NCBI GenBank assembly: GCA_050287085.1 | Contig: JBNKBE010000014.1 | Span: 96,001-160,000 of the forward strand | DNA: 64,000 bases | From: Polyangiaceae bacterium | GTDB lineage: Bacteria; Myxococcota_A; Polyangia; Polyangiales; Polyangiaceae | Reading direction: 5' to 3' | In this document: one piece after another, positions 1-9,690 of the stretch | Layout of the letters: each line of letters begins with the position of its first letter | How positions within the stretch are numbered: the stretch's first letter is position 1 | Translations under genes and position numbers: made by a program | The notes under the pieces: generated by a model | What the model was told of the DNA's origin: nothing | The model's database searches: none | Seen by the model: the letters and a program-made list of their open reading frames with translations, nothing else

Positions 1-1
1 C

Positions 2-280
2 GACCCCGGCCAGATCGCAGAGGGGCGTTGGTTTCCCCACGCCAGCGCGGACGGCTTTGAGCTCAGCGCAGCTGCCGGCATGAACGTCACCGAAGAACTG
101 GAGCTGATTGCCGGACTCGAATGGCGGCAATACGGATTCGACATGAACGTCCGACAGGACGAAGTGTTCACCAATAGCAGCGGGCAGCAGCTGAACCAGG
201 CCGTAGCTGGCGGCGCCACAGATCGCTACATCGGAGGCTTCGCGACGCTCCGATACGTGCTGCCCTCTCAGCTCAAGTAG
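2..280 (+). CDS. C-terminal fragment of a probable outer-membrane beta-barrel protein (5' end outside window)
   Basis: Frame open from base 2 to TAG at 278-280; alternating hydrophobic beta-strand pattern (FELSAAAG, LELIAGLEWRQY, YIGGFATLRYVL). Confidence 0.55.
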   Translation, partial: DPGQIAEGRWFPHASADGFELSAAAGMNVTEELELIAGLEWRQYGFDMNVRQDEVFTNSSGQQLNQAVAGGATDRYIGGFATLRYVLPSQLK

Positions 281-300
281 TCGTTAGTTCTCGTTCGACC

Positions 301-339
301 CTGGCTTGAGAGATTCGAGAGTATCCTCTCTCAAGCCAG
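301..339. terminator. Hairpin between convergent genes, probable terminator
   Basis: Perfect 13-bp inverted repeat CTGGCTTGAGAGA-N13-TCTCTCAAGCCAG; no long U-tract. Confidence 0.6.
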
Positions 340-346
340 CAGGCCC

Positions 347-1195
347 TTAGGACGAGAGGGCGGCGCTGAGCTTGGCTTCGACGCCGGCAAGAGTCTCCCG
401 GATCTGGTGCAAGGTTTGAAGCACCCGCCGCGCCTCGCCTTCGTTCACCGCTCGCAGCTGGCGATCAGAAGAGACATCGCAGGCGAGCAGTGCCAAGCCA
501 TCCATGCGCTCCACGATCCGATTCGGGGGCAATGCGCCGTCTTCATGAGCGGCAAGACGCAGCTCAGCCACCACCTTCTGGAGCTTGCGTCGCGTCCAAC
601 GCTCAGCTTCAGTGCTCCGCAGCAAGCGGAATTGATCAGCGGAAGGCAAACCCAGGACCACGCTGACATGCCCCACTCCGACGTGCACGTAGTCACACAA
701 CTCGGGGAAGCGCAGCGCCAACTCATAGATGGCCACCGCGCGCCAAAGCGAGGATGAGCTCATCGCAAGCTCCGGATGGCTGGCTAGCTTTCGGAATGAA
801 CTACATTTCTTACCGCGTGCTTTGAGCAAGCGGACATCGCTGCGGAACAAGTAGCGAAATATGATCTCCCCGGCCTCTAGAGCGGCCTGCAGCGAGTTGC
901 CAGCAACATGAGTTAGGGCCATCGCAGCGAGGCCCAGTTCATGCGCATCAGGTTCGATCTGTGCCGGAGAAGGCTGGGCATATCGCGGCGGAGCGCCGGG
1001 TCCCCATGGAGGCGTGACCAGGTAGGGCTGTGAGGGATGGGCTCCGTACACGCCCCCCGGGTAGTGGGCAGGCCAAGGCCCGGCAGAAGCGGGTTGGTAA
1101 GCTGGGTAATCCGTACGAGAGCTCGGCCGCGTCACCTCCTGGTTCGCCACCGGCGGCCCGTAGTACCCGTTGTAGTGGCTGGTTGAATGGTCCAT
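347..1195 (-). CDS. Hypothetical protein: Pro/Tyr/Gly-rich N-terminus plus DUF1016-N-like helical, putative DNA-binding domain
   Basis: ORF 347..1291, start placed at MDHSTSH (1195) downstream of a sigma54 motif; motifs SFRKLA..SSSSLWRAVAIYEL, GHVSVVLGLP, ERWTRRKL. Confidence 0.6.
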   Translation of the reverse strand: MDHSTSHYNGYYGPPVANQEVTRPSSRTDYPAYQPASAGPWPAHYPGGVYGAHPSQPYLVTPPWGPGAPPRYAQPSPAQIEPDAHELGLAAMALTHVAGNSLQAALEAGEIIFRYLFRSDVRLLKARGKKCSSFRKLASHPELAMSSSSLWRAVAIYELALRFPELCDYVHVGVGHVSVVLGLPSADQFRLLRSTEAERWTRRKLQKVVAELRLAAHEDGALPPNRIVERMDGLALLACDVSSDRQLRAVNEGEARRVLQTLHQIRETLAGVEAKLSAALSS

Positions 1196-1274
1196 GGTCG
1201 TTGCTCCCCGGTATCTTGCGTTGATTACGTGACCCAAAACTGCTGAAGACAATCCAGCTGGCCTGAACCTGAAC

Positions 1275-1290
1275 TGCAAAGGGCATGCCA
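1275..1290 (-). promoter_or_regulatory. sigma54 (-24/-12) promoter
   Basis: Minus strand TGGCATGCCCTTTGCA = GG-N10-GC, near consensus, 80 bp upstream of ATG 1195. Confidence 0.7.
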
Positions 1291-1493
1291 CCTCCGGATG
1301 AGCCTGTTCGCCAGCTTAACCACTCGCAACAAACAATCCGACTGACGCCGTGGTGCCACAGTGTGCCAGTGTCGGTCGAGGATGACCGACTCCGCCCGCG
1401 CACCGTTCGTTGCCGGAAGGGCTGTCCCCAATCCTGAAATGCGCTCCCCCCACAGCTCTGTGCCAACTATGTGAAATCGCGTGGGCGGCGCGG

Positions 1494-1509
1494 CGGCACG
1501 GAAATCGCT
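1494..1509 (+). promoter_or_regulatory. sigma54-like promoter
   Basis: CGGCACGGAAATCGCT = GG-N10-GC just upstream of ATG 1524. Confidence 0.5.
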
Positions 1510-1523
1510 TCGTAGCCAACTCG

Positions 1524-1985
1524 ATGACCAAGGAGCAAGCGGAAGACCTCATCGCCTCGATTCAAAGCACCGGCTCAAGTCGTGTCATCATCGTCAGAAG
1601 CCGACAGGCGCTGAAGCGCTTCGTGACGACGGCGCTCGAGGCGATGGAGGAGGGACGCGTGGGAACCTCGGCGCAAGGTCCGATTGATTGGCAGCAACTC
1701 GAAATGAACGCGCGGCAAGTGGACTGCGGCAAAGTGGGTGAAGCCCTGCGAGCATTGGAGCTCATGAGCGCCCTTTCCCCCCAAGCTGGCGCCCCGGATA
1801 GCGCCGCACCGCAGGAAATTAAGAGCGCAGTACGCGCACTCACGGGACTACTCCTTCGCGTCTACATCGAAGGACACGATCGCAACGGCGGCGGAGAACT
1901 CCAGGGGATACGGGATGCGCTCGAACGTTTGGCACCGGGTGCCAGCCTCGCGCTACTCGCTCCATCCGACGCCCCGCTGAACTAG
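1524..1985 (+). CDS. Hypothetical helical protein
   Basis: ORF 1410..1985; likely start MTKEQAEDL at 1524; protein-like composition. Confidence 0.6.
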   Translation: MTKEQAEDLIASIQSTGSSRVIIVRSRQALKRFVTTALEAMEEGRVGTSAQGPIDWQQLEMNARQVDCGKVGEALRALELMSALSPQAGAPDSAAPQEIKSAVRALTGLLLRVYIEGHDRNGGGELQGIRDALERLAPGASLALLAPSDAPLN

Positions 1986-2063
1986 GCACTGCGGCTCCAG
2001 GGACAGCCCAAGGCCCGCGGGGACCTCGTAGGAGGTGGCTCCCAGTGGCGGAGGGCGTGGGGG

Positions 2064-3548
2064 TTAGGCGTCCTCCGAAACGGCCTCCCGCGCGGCCTCA
2101 ACCCGGTTTCGCCCTCCGTGTTTGGCCGCGTACAGCGCGGCGTCGGCCCGTTGAAGCAACGCGCTCGCGCTCTCGCCAGCATGTGGTTCTCGCGTGGCCA
2201 CCCCAAAACTGGCCGTCACTTGCAGACGATTGCCCTCGTGCACGATGAAGCCGCGTTCGATCGAGCTTCTCATTCGCTCAGCTACCTGCAGCGCCCCCTC
2301 TTGGCCGGTATTCGGGAGAAGCACAGCGAACTCTTCTCCGCCGAAGCGTGCCACGAGATCACTGCGACGGGCGGAGCTGACCAGAACATCAGCGACCCGT
2401 TGCAGCACCCGATCTCCGAGATCGTGCCCGTAGCTGTCGTTGAAGCGCTTGAAATGATCGACGTCCAGCAGCACAAAGGTAAACGGCTGCTTATCTCGCT
2501 GACACTTCGCAATGTCCCGCTGCAGCACCATTTCCAACAGGCGACGGTTCGCAAGACGCGTCAGCGGATCGGTGGTCGCCAAGTGCTCAAGCTCTCGATT
2601 GAGCTGCCCAAGTCGCTCTGCCAGAGCGTCTTTTTCCGCGATGACTCGGCGCAAGGCCATCACCGTATGCGCGTACTGTTCGTTGAGCTCCACCAAACGC
2701 TCGTTGGCCTGCTGCCGCAGCTCAGCCAAACTGAGTTGCGGTCCCAAGTCGCGCTCGAAGACGGACGCGAGCTTGCGCGTTTCTTCGGGCAGAAGCTCGG
2801 CGATGTGCTTGACGAATTCCGCTTCGACCCCGAGAGCGCCGGCCAAGTCGCATAGCTCGGTCTCGCCCGAGGCCAGTCCACCTACTTCAAACATCGCCGC
2901 GATTTTCTCCGCCCCCCAAGCGACCTTCGCATGCGGGCCCGCGGGGGGCGGCGTGGTGTCGTGATGCCGCCCAATCGCCTCAACGAACGTGCGCGGCAGA
3001 TGGTACGCACGCGCCAAAGCCGCCCCCAACTCCGGATGCGGGCGGCGCCCCATCGCGCGCTCATGCACGACCCGGTGGGCACTCGGCGAGGAAACGAATG
3101 ACAACGAATTACTCTCCTTATCGCCCACCGCCAACCCGACTTCAAGCAGCAGCCCGATGGTGAAGCACTCGCTATCTTCTCCGGGCGCGAGCCGCTCCGC
3201 CAACATGCGGGCGGCCGCCGCGCGACGCAGACTCTGAGCCAGGAATGCCGCCCCTGCCTCGCCACTCGGAGTTAGGTCGCTGACAACGAAGCTCAGGGCA
3301 ACATTGGCCAGACCGCGAACGCCCAACATGTTGGCGGCACGGTCCAGATCAGAGACCTCGACGGTGGCCGCCGAGCCGCCGCTGTTGACCAAGCGGAGCA
3401 CCCTGGCCGCAAAGGCGGCATCGGCACGAACCAGATCCACCAGTTCCGCAGGCGACGCGTCGCGCCTGCCTCCGGCCTGCAGAATCGCCGTCGCGGCGGG
3501 TGAGGAGGGTTCTAAATTCGCAAGCTCAGGGGGGGCTAGGTGAGACAC
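2064..3548 (-). CDS. HDOD-domain diguanylate cyclase (HDOD, coiled coil, GGDEF)
   Basis: HDOD motifs (RVLRLVNS, HPELGAALA..YHLP..AIGRHH); DPLTRLANRR, DVDHFKRFND, RxxD I-site (RRSD), RFGGEEF; start uncertain (GTG 3548 or 3611). Confidence 0.9.
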   Translation of the reverse strand: MSHLAPPELANLEPSSPAATAILQAGGRRDASPAELVDLVRADAAFAARVLRLVNSGGSAATVEVSDLDRAANMLGVRGLANVALSFVVSDLTPSGEAGAAFLAQSLRRAAAARMLAERLAPGEDSECFTIGLLLEVGLAVGDKESNSLSFVSSPSAHRVVHERAMGRRPHPELGAALARAYHLPRTFVEAIGRHHDTTPPPAGPHAKVAWGAEKIAAMFEVGGLASGETELCDLAGALGVEAEFVKHIAELLPEETRKLASVFERDLGPQLSLAELRQQANERLVELNEQYAHTVMALRRVIAEKDALAERLGQLNRELEHLATTDPLTRLANRRLLEMVLQRDIAKCQRDKQPFTFVLLDVDHFKRFNDSYGHDLGDRVLQRVADVLVSSARRSDLVARFGGEEFAVLLPNTGQEGALQVAERMRSSIERGFIVHEGNRLQVTASFGVATREPHAGESASALLQRADAALYAAKHGGRNRVEAAREAVSEDA

Positions 3549-3655
3549 TCTCCAGCAAATAACGCCCCAATTGGCACAATATTGATGCGCAGACCCCAAC
3601 GAAGCCCACATTTTTGGTCCGCGTTCGGGATCGATTGGCTATATCGTTTCAGCTC

Positions 3656-4336
3656 ATGGGGTATTGTCCACAATGTGGGGCTGAAAACCCGGTCTCGCAC
3701 CGGGCGTGTACGTCGTGTGGCACGCTGCTACAGACGGGGCTCACTCCGGGGGCCTTCGCCACCGACGCGCCACAGCGGCTGGATAGTCCGTTTGTTGGGC
3801 AGGCGCCCCCCGCTGTCGAGCTATTGGGGACTTCACCGACCCCCCACTCCGGATTTGCGCCGCCTGGAACAAGCGCCATGCAGTCCGCCCCCGCGGAAAG
3901 AGTGGAAGACTCGGGCGAGGCGCGCCCGAGACGCGTGACCGATCCGACCCTCGGCGAAGGGGGTGTGGCGGCCACGATTGCGTCCGCACAGCCCCACTCG
4001 AGCGGCGGACGCCTCATCGGATTCCTCGTGTCTTATGATGTGACGCCGCAGGGCGGTTTCCATTGCCTCTACTCCGGCACGCTACGCGTGGGTCGCAAAG
4101 ACGCAGCCCCGATGCTCGACGTGGCTATCGAACACCCAACCGTGTCATCGAATCACGCGCTATTCTACTTCGACTCCTCGCGCCACATAGCTCAAGTCGA
4201 AGACACGGGCTCGGCCAACGGGACCCTGCTCAACGATGCCCCTATTGCTGGCACGGGTCGACGCGAACTCAGGGACGGCGATCGCATTCGCTTCGGCGCG
4301 TACAAGGCGATTGTGAAACTGGTTGAGCGTCCCTAG
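3656..4336 (+). CDS. Zinc-ribbon plus FHA domain protein
   Basis: N-terminal CPQCG..CTSCG; FHA motifs VGR, VSSNHA, DTGSANGT, LRDGDRIRFG. Confidence 0.9.
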   Translation: MGYCPQCGAENPVSHRACTSCGTLLQTGLTPGAFATDAPQRLDSPFVGQAPPAVELLGTSPTPHSGFAPPGTSAMQSAPAERVEDSGEARPRRVTDPTLGEGGVAATIASAQPHSSGGRLIGFLVSYDVTPQGGFHCLYSGTLRVGRKDAAPMLDVAIEHPTVSSNHALFYFDSSRHIAQVEDTGSANGTLLNDAPIAGTGRRELRDGDRIRFGAYKAIVKLVERP

Positions 4337-5021
4337 CCGGCGCCCGAGCACGCCGCAGGCACCCTCGCACCTCGCCACTCCGTTCACCGCCGCCGCCTTC
4401 ACTACTGCAAAAAGGGACACTCACTTGCCCAAGGCTCCCAAGAACTCCTGGACTCAACTCTATGAGCGCTTCGGCGAAGCCGAGAAGCACCGGGAAGAAC
4501 TGTTGCGACGACGCGACGAAGAACGCGAAGCACTGCGCGAGTTCGAAGAGTGGTGTCAGCGGGCCGTCAAGGCCTTGTTTGAGGACCTATTCCAGGCCGC
4601 TGAGAGGCACTCTGATGAGCTCCAGAAGCGCACGGGACAGCGTCTCCAGGTGGAGTATCCAGCAGGCTCACCGGTGGTCGCTTCGCGCACGGGTCCCGAG
4701 ATCCGCTTTCTCCGTCTTGGCCTGTCCGAGGCTCAGCTCCACATCTACTCGAGCCACGCGCGCGGAGGCTTGACCCATATCCATCTGCTCCCGAGCCGCA
4801 CCGTAAGCCTCAAGGAGAACCACCGATTGGTGAGCGCTCCCGGAGCTTTTCTCGTACGTGTGGGTCACGATGGCTATGAGCTCCGGCACCTTCGCGGTGA
4901 TCCAGAGGGCGAGGCTGGCGCGCCGATGACGCTAGACACGCTCGTATTTCGCGCGTTCGACCTGCTCTTAAGCGCCTGGATCGAGGCGGAAACGGAGTGG
5001 GATGGCCTCGCGGCTCCCTAG
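4323..5021 (+). CDS. Hypothetical protein with N-terminal coiled coil
   Basis: 232-aa ORF overlapping the FHA gene stop; charged helical segment followed by a beta-rich region; start uncertain. Confidence 0.65.
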   Translation: MSVPSRRPSTPQAPSHLATPFTAAAFTTAKRDTHLPKAPKNSWTQLYERFGEAEKHREELLRRRDEEREALREFEEWCQRAVKALFEDLFQAAERHSDELQKRTGQRLQVEYPAGSPVVASRTGPEIRFLRLGLSEAQLHIYSSHARGGLTHIHLLPSRTVSLKENHRLVSAPGAFLVRVGHDGYELRHLRGDPEGEAGAPMTLDTLVFRAFDLLLSAWIEAETEWDGLAAP

Positions 5022-5848
5022 TCTGCGCTGGGGCGCTCGAGACTGATACGGCCAAGCCGCCCCGCTCGCAGCTCATTGATCAGCAGCTCGGCGGCCTTGA
5101 CCAGGTCGGGTCCGACCCCTCGCGTGATACAGCCGCGCCGTTCAGCGATATCGGCGAGAACGCTGTCCGGATTCGACTCCGAAAGCTCGATACCGTAACG
5201 CGACGACAGCGCCGCTGGGTATTGGTGGCGTAGGAGCTCCACTACAAAGCGCCCCAACTCGACCGAGTCGAGAACGGCGTCGCGAATCGCGCCCGACGCG
5301 GCGAGACGAAACGCAGCCCCTTCATCATCGAATTTCGGCCATAAGACGCCAGGCGTATCCACCAACGCGAGCCCTTCCACCAGTTCCGTGCGTTGTTCAT
5401 TGCGGGTCACAGCAGGTTGGTCGCGCACGAGTGCTTGGCGACGTCCAAGCAGCAAGTTGAACAATGTCGACTTGCCGACGTTGGGAATGCCGGCAATCAT
5501 CACCCGCACCGGAAACCCCGGTTTTCCACGCGCAGGGACCAGTCGTTTGCAGGCGGCAATCAGGCCGCGTCGACTCTTCGGCTCCGTCGCCGTAAGCGCC
5601 AGCACCGTATGGTTGTCACCGGATAGCTCGGCATTCCAGGCCGCCGTCACCACGGGATCGGCCAGATCCGGTTTCGTTAGAACGCGGAGACAAGGCTTAC
5701 CGCGGCAGATCTCCGCCAACATCGGATTCTGACTCGACCAGGGCAGTCGCGCATCCAAGACTTCAAGCACCATGTCGCTCTTGCGGACGCGCTCTTTGAG
5801 CTGCCGCCGAGCTTTGTTCATATGCCCGGGAAACCAATTGATCGGCAC
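5018..5848 (-). CDS. rbgA: Ribosome biogenesis GTPase RbgA/YlqF
   Basis: INWFPGHM, LDARLP, TKPD, GIPNVGKST, DTPG, G.LGRISLE; start at GTG 5848. Confidence 0.95.
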   Translation of the reverse strand: MPINWFPGHMNKARRQLKERVRKSDMVLEVLDARLPWSSQNPMLAEICRGKPCLRVLTKPDLADPVVTAAWNAELSGDNHTVLALTATEPKSRRGLIAACKRLVPARGKPGFPVRVMIAGIPNVGKSTLFNLLLGRRQALVRDQPAVTRNEQRTELVEGLALVDTPGVLWPKFDDEGAAFRLAASGAIRDAVLDSVELGRFVVELLRHQYPAALSSRYGIELSESNPDSVLADIAERRGCITRGVGPDLVKAAELLINELRAGRLGRISLERPSAD

Positions 5849-5954
5849 TGGTAGGGTGTCGCCCAATTCGCCGCCGAACGCAACGCAGGTAGCAAATACT
5901 CCTGCGCCGCTCCCAATTCTGAGGGCACTCGCCCAGCGAACGGCCGTGTCGTTC

Positions 5955-6530
5955 TCAGTGTACGGCCGGTCGCAGCGGCAAAGTCGCAACGATTCTGGCT
6001 TCGGCAGAAAGCAGTTCTTCGGCGCGAGATTTCACCTCTTCAGCCGCGAAATAACGTCGCGCTAGGCGAAAAAACAAGGCGTGGTGCCGCGCCTCGGCAC
6101 GCGTTACTTCCAGGTAGGTTTCCTTGAGCGACCCTTCAGGCAAAGCCTCGGTGACCATGCTGAGTCGTTCACAACCACGCGCCTCAACGATGCCAGGAAT
6201 GATCAGTCGGTCCAGGAACGCCTGCTCGCGATCCCCCGCCCTAACCATGCGTCGAAGCTCATTGACGTAGCTGTCCTTCTCATCGCTGGGAAGCACCAAT
6301 CTCCGCTCAGCCACAAGGCGGTACATGATGTGGAAGTGCTCGAGTTCCTCTCGCGCAAACGCGATCAGATCGTCCAGGATTTCTCCGCGGTCCGGGTACT
6401 TAGCAACAAGGCTCATCCCCATCGCGGAAGCCTTTCGCTCGCAGAGCGTGTGATCGAGCATGAAGGCGTCAAAGTCGCCAAGAACGACCTCAAGCCAAGC
6501 CTTGGGCGTATCCGAATGCAGATCAAACAC
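5955..6530 (-). CDS. miaE: tRNA-(ms2io6A37) hydroxylase MiaE (di-iron, ferritin-like)
   Basis: DH..CERKA, EELEHF, EARGCER, EARH motifs; start at GTG 6530. Confidence 0.88.
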   Translation of the reverse strand: MFDLHSDTPKAWLEVVLGDFDAFMLDHTLCERKASAMGMSLVAKYPDRGEILDDLIAFAREELEHFHIMYRLVAERRLVLPSDEKDSYVNELRRMVRAGDREQAFLDRLIIPGIVEARGCERLSMVTEALPEGSLKETYLEVTRAEARHHALFFRLARRYFAAEEVKSRAEELLSAEARIVATLPLRPAVH

Positions 6531-6534
6531 TAGC

Positions 6535-6957
6535 TCAAGCCCCTTCCCCGAGCACCGTGACGAGCAAGGTGCGGGCGTGCGCCCGGGAGCGATGCTCCCA
6601 TAGATACAACCCTTGCCAAGTACCCAACTGCAAGCGCCCCTCAACGACCGGAATCGTCTCACTGGTCTTGGTGAGCGCGGAGCGAACATGTGCGGGCATA
6701 TCATCCGGGCCCTCATCATCGTGGGACCATCGCCGCGACTCCGGCACCAGGTCTGAGAAGAAGGCCTCCAAGTCATCGAGAACCCGAGGGTCCGCGTTCT
6801 CCTGAATAAGCAGGCTGGCCGAGGTGTGACTGACGAAGACACAACACAGCCCGGAACGCACGGACGACGCCGAAACGATGCCTTGCACCTCCTGCGTCAC
6901 GTTGAGCAGACGTTTTCCTCGAGTGTTGATCTGAATGCTGTGCTGTACAACTGTCAC
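6535..6957 (-). CDS. yjbQ: YjbQ/UPF0047 family protein
   Basis: HTSASLLIQENADP, HDDEGPDDMPAH, LGTWQGLYLWEH. Confidence 0.93.
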   Translation of the reverse strand: MTVVQHSIQINTRGKRLLNVTQEVQGIVSASSVRSGLCCVFVSHTSASLLIQENADPRVLDDLEAFFSDLVPESRRWSHDDEGPDDMPAHVRSALTKTSETIPVVEGRLQLGTWQGLYLWEHRSRAHARTLLVTVLGEGA

Positions 6958-7160
6958 TCACGACTCCCAATGTGGGCCTTGCCAATGCCAAACGACCGCT
7001 TCCGTTCACCGGTTTGCAAGCCGCCTCCGCAGCGCCAGGCGGCGGTCCGGTGGATAGAAAACGTCGGCGTGCGGAGCAGCTCCATTTTTCAACGGCGCTG
7101 CGATGAACCCCGTATCATCCTGTGACGGCTCCGTTTCGGATCCGCTCTTAGGCGATCGAC

Positions 7161-8222
7161 GTGCCCACATCCAGGACAGAGACCGAAATGCCGTGCCCGG
7201 AGCTGGCCCCACCCGAGTCGCCCCCGACTGGTAGGCCAATTCAACGCCCGGCCTCCGCGGAACCCCCGCCCCTGACAGGCCCGCCCTCGAGCGAGCCGAG
7301 TCCGCGCAGCTTGCCTCCCAACTGGAACTGGCTGGAGACCTGGGCATTCCGCTATTTCGGACGCGGCCCGCGGCGCCGCGCGCTGCGCACCATCGTGATG
7401 AATCTCTGGGGACATCACGGTCTCGAATTGGCCAGTGCCATGGCCTTCGACCTCTTTCTCGCACTCATTCCCTTGCTGGCCCTCGCGGGGTGGGTGCTTT
7501 CGTTGGTGCTCAAGGGCGACGCCGAAACGATGCATCAACTCTCCGTGCTGCTGGACCTCACCCCTACGGACGTCCAGAACGTGGTCAACCAGCACGCGGA
7601 GCGCTTCTTTGGCAGTACCTTGGCTCCCGTCGCGTTTGCGGGAGCACTGTGGCTTGGCTCGGGCGCTTTCGCTACCGTCATGGCCGCTTTCCAACGCACA
7701 GTCCCAGCGCGCGAGCGCCCTTGGTGGTTGCGTCGCACGATCGCAATCGTCTGTGTCCTGGTCATGCTGGCCGCCATCAGCGTGGGTTCTTGGTTCGCGG
7801 TGCAATTGGGTGGCGTCCCCGCAGCCTTGCTCGAGCGCTTTCCGGACGTCTTGGAGGTCTCCGCCAGCGACTACGTCGGGTTTCTCGTGACGGGTGGAGC
7901 CCTGACGGCACTCGTGGCCTTGTTCTTCCGCATCGGCGTCAGTCGGGACGTACCTAGGCGGGTGATCTGGCCCGGTACCCTGCTGGCGGTTGGTATTGGC
8001 GGAAGCGCATCCTACGCCCTGAGTCTGTATGTGAGCCGGCTTGCTCGCTACGCGTTCTACTACGGCAGCCTCGCGGCGGTGGCCGTTCTGCTCGCATGGC
8101 TCTGGATCTGCAGTTTCGCGCTCCTTCTAGGAGCAGAGCTCAACGCCTACCTCGAAGAAAAGGATCTTCCACCAGAAAGCCGCCCCCCGCGCCCCGCAGC
8201 CCTCGCGGAAACAGAAACCTAG
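7161..8222 (+). CDS. YihY/virulence factor BrkB family membrane protein
   Basis: ASAMAF..FLALIP, multiple TM helices, YGSLAAV.VLL.WLW...LLGAELN. Confidence 0.9.
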   Translation: MPTSRTETEMPCPELAPPESPPTGRPIQRPASAEPPPLTGPPSSEPSPRSLPPNWNWLETWAFRYFGRGPRRRALRTIVMNLWGHHGLELASAMAFDLFLALIPLLALAGWVLSLVLKGDAETMHQLSVLLDLTPTDVQNVVNQHAERFFGSTLAPVAFAGALWLGSGAFATVMAAFQRTVPARERPWWLRRTIAIVCVLVMLAAISVGSWFAVQLGGVPAALLERFPDVLEVSASDYVGFLVTGGALTALVALFFRIGVSRDVPRRVIWPGTLLAVGIGGSASYALSLYVSRLARYAFYYGSLAAVAVLLAWLWICSFALLLGAELNAYLEEKDLPPESRPPRPAALAETET

Positions 8223-8386
8223 GGCCCGCGGAAGGGAAGTCCGTCGCGAGCCGGTCGAGCTCGCCGCGAGGCGGGCGCGTGAGGAGCGCTCACCGCAGAG
8301 CTACTGGAGTAGCTCAAGAAGCACAGTGACGATCCCCCCGCCACGGCAAGAGCCGGCGCAGTAGGGCTTTCCCATTCGCGGGCCCT
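8221..8386 (+). repeat. Palindromic intergenic repeat element (MITE/RPE-like), copy 1
   Basis: Ends AGGGCCCGCGGAAGGGAAG / CTTTCCCATTCGCGGGCCCT are imperfect inverted repeats; central GAGCTAC-TGGA-GTAGCTC hairpin; homologous to 9854-10028. Confidence 0.8.
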
Positions 8387-8426
8387 TAGCTCGCTAGCTG
8401 CTACGCCGCGGACTGCGGCAGACGCC

Positions 8427-9569
8427 CTACTGCACAAGCGTCAAGCACAGACCCCAAGATTCAGGAAAAACAGGATTGCTTACGCAACTTTCTCCCTCCG
8501 CGCACTCAGACGCATTCTCGGCGCGCAGCTCTGATGCGGCAGCAACCTTGCACAGACGATGACAAGTCTGTGAGCCTTCGGAGCAAATGTGTCCCGGCGC
8601 GCAGGGACAAGGTTCATCCTGCTCACCACTCCCCAGCGGCATCACGCACCCGGTAGCTCCCGTTTCATCTACGACGGTGCAGGTTCTGCCGATCGGACAG
8701 CTGCAATCAGCACCCGCTGGACACGGGAAGGGTTCGCCCAGATCACAGGTTTCTTTGGCGACGCAAACCGGTACGAGGGGTGGCTCGACCTCACTCATAT
8801 CACCCAGGCGCAGGGGCTGTTGGGTGCAGAATTGTCCCGCTTCGCAACTGCCAGCGCAACAGAACGGCCGGCATTGGCTGACCCCTTCCAGGCCCACGCA
8901 ACCAAGCCCTGGCGCGCAGTCCCGGGAGCCCGTGCAGGGCGCGCCCGTCAGGCCTCGCCCGGTTGGTTCACAGGCGGTGGCGAAGTGCAGTTCGCCCCCC
9001 ACTTGCTCCGGAACCACGCGACAAGCGCGCTCGTTGAGCGGCTGGGACGCGTCCTGAGTTAGCGGCGGTCCAGCATCGACTACTGGAGCGTCCGAATCAG
9101 GCCCTGCATCCTCAGAAATCCCAGCGTCATTCTCCTTGCCAGTCAGCCGCTGAAAGGCCGCAGTCCGCATCTCCGCAGCATGCTCGGGCGCGGGCTCTTC
9201 CTCTACGTCGGGCCGACAGGCAAGAGCATCATCGAGAGCACAGCTTCCCGCGCACAGTCCAGCCCAAGTCCCACCGTCGTTTGAGTCGTCCCCACCGGAC
9301 TGCATGGCCCCCTGAAACATGCCCGCGTCCGGATGGGATGATGGCCCCAGCGGCTCGTCGTCCCCGTCCTCGCGCAGCTCATCTACGGCCGCATCGAGAC
9401 AGTTGACGCCAGTGCAGTCATAAGCCCTCTCCGACTTCCCCTGCGAAACACTACAAGCCGCCGCGGTTGATAACCCGGCGCATACTACCAACACGCGACG
9501 GCCCAAAGATGCCGCAGAGCAACGCCTCTGCAGGGACATCCCGATCCGCGCCAAGAACAGATCCGTCAT
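8427..9569 (-). CDS. Cys-rich exported lipoprotein
   Basis: Signal peptide with lipobox-like AAAC; acidic DAG-rich linker; about 30 Cys, concentrated in the C-terminal half. Confidence 0.75.
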   Translation of the reverse strand: MTDLFLARIGMSLQRRCSAASLGRRVLVVCAGLSTAAACSVSQGKSERAYDCTGVNCLDAAVDELREDGDDEPLGPSSHPDAGMFQGAMQSGGDDSNDGGTWAGLCAGSCALDDALACRPDVEEEPAPEHAAEMRTAAFQRLTGKENDAGISEDAGPDSDAPVVDAGPPLTQDASQPLNERACRVVPEQVGGELHFATACEPTGRGLTGAPCTGSRDCAPGLGCVGLEGVSQCRPFCCAGSCEAGQFCTQQPLRLGDMSEVEPPLVPVCVAKETCDLGEPFPCPAGADCSCPIGRTCTVVDETGATGCVMPLGSGEQDEPCPCAPGHICSEGSQTCHRLCKVAAASELRAENASECAEGESCVSNPVFPESWGLCLTLVQ

Positions 9570-9613
9570 TTAAGTCACGCTAAGAAAAAGGCCCGAGCGG
9601 GCGTGATAAGACT

Positions 9614-9690
9614 AGCGACCCTAGTAAGAAGCGACCCTAGTAAGAAGCGACCCTACCAAGACTAGCGGTCCCAATAAAACAGCGGCCCTG
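9614..9690. repeat. Degenerate 16-18-bp tandem repeat (5 units)
   Basis: AGCGACCCTAGTAAGA x2, AGCGACCCTACCAAGACT, AGCGGTCCCAATAAAAC, AGCGGCCCTG. Confidence 0.8.

Noticed and set aside
3572..3588. sigma54 promoter TGGCACAATATTGATGC before the FHA gene
   Set aside because: No GC at the required GG-N10 spacing
9607..9690. Mini CRISPR array
   Set aside because: Units are 16-18 bp, abut each other without unique spacers, and no cas genes are present
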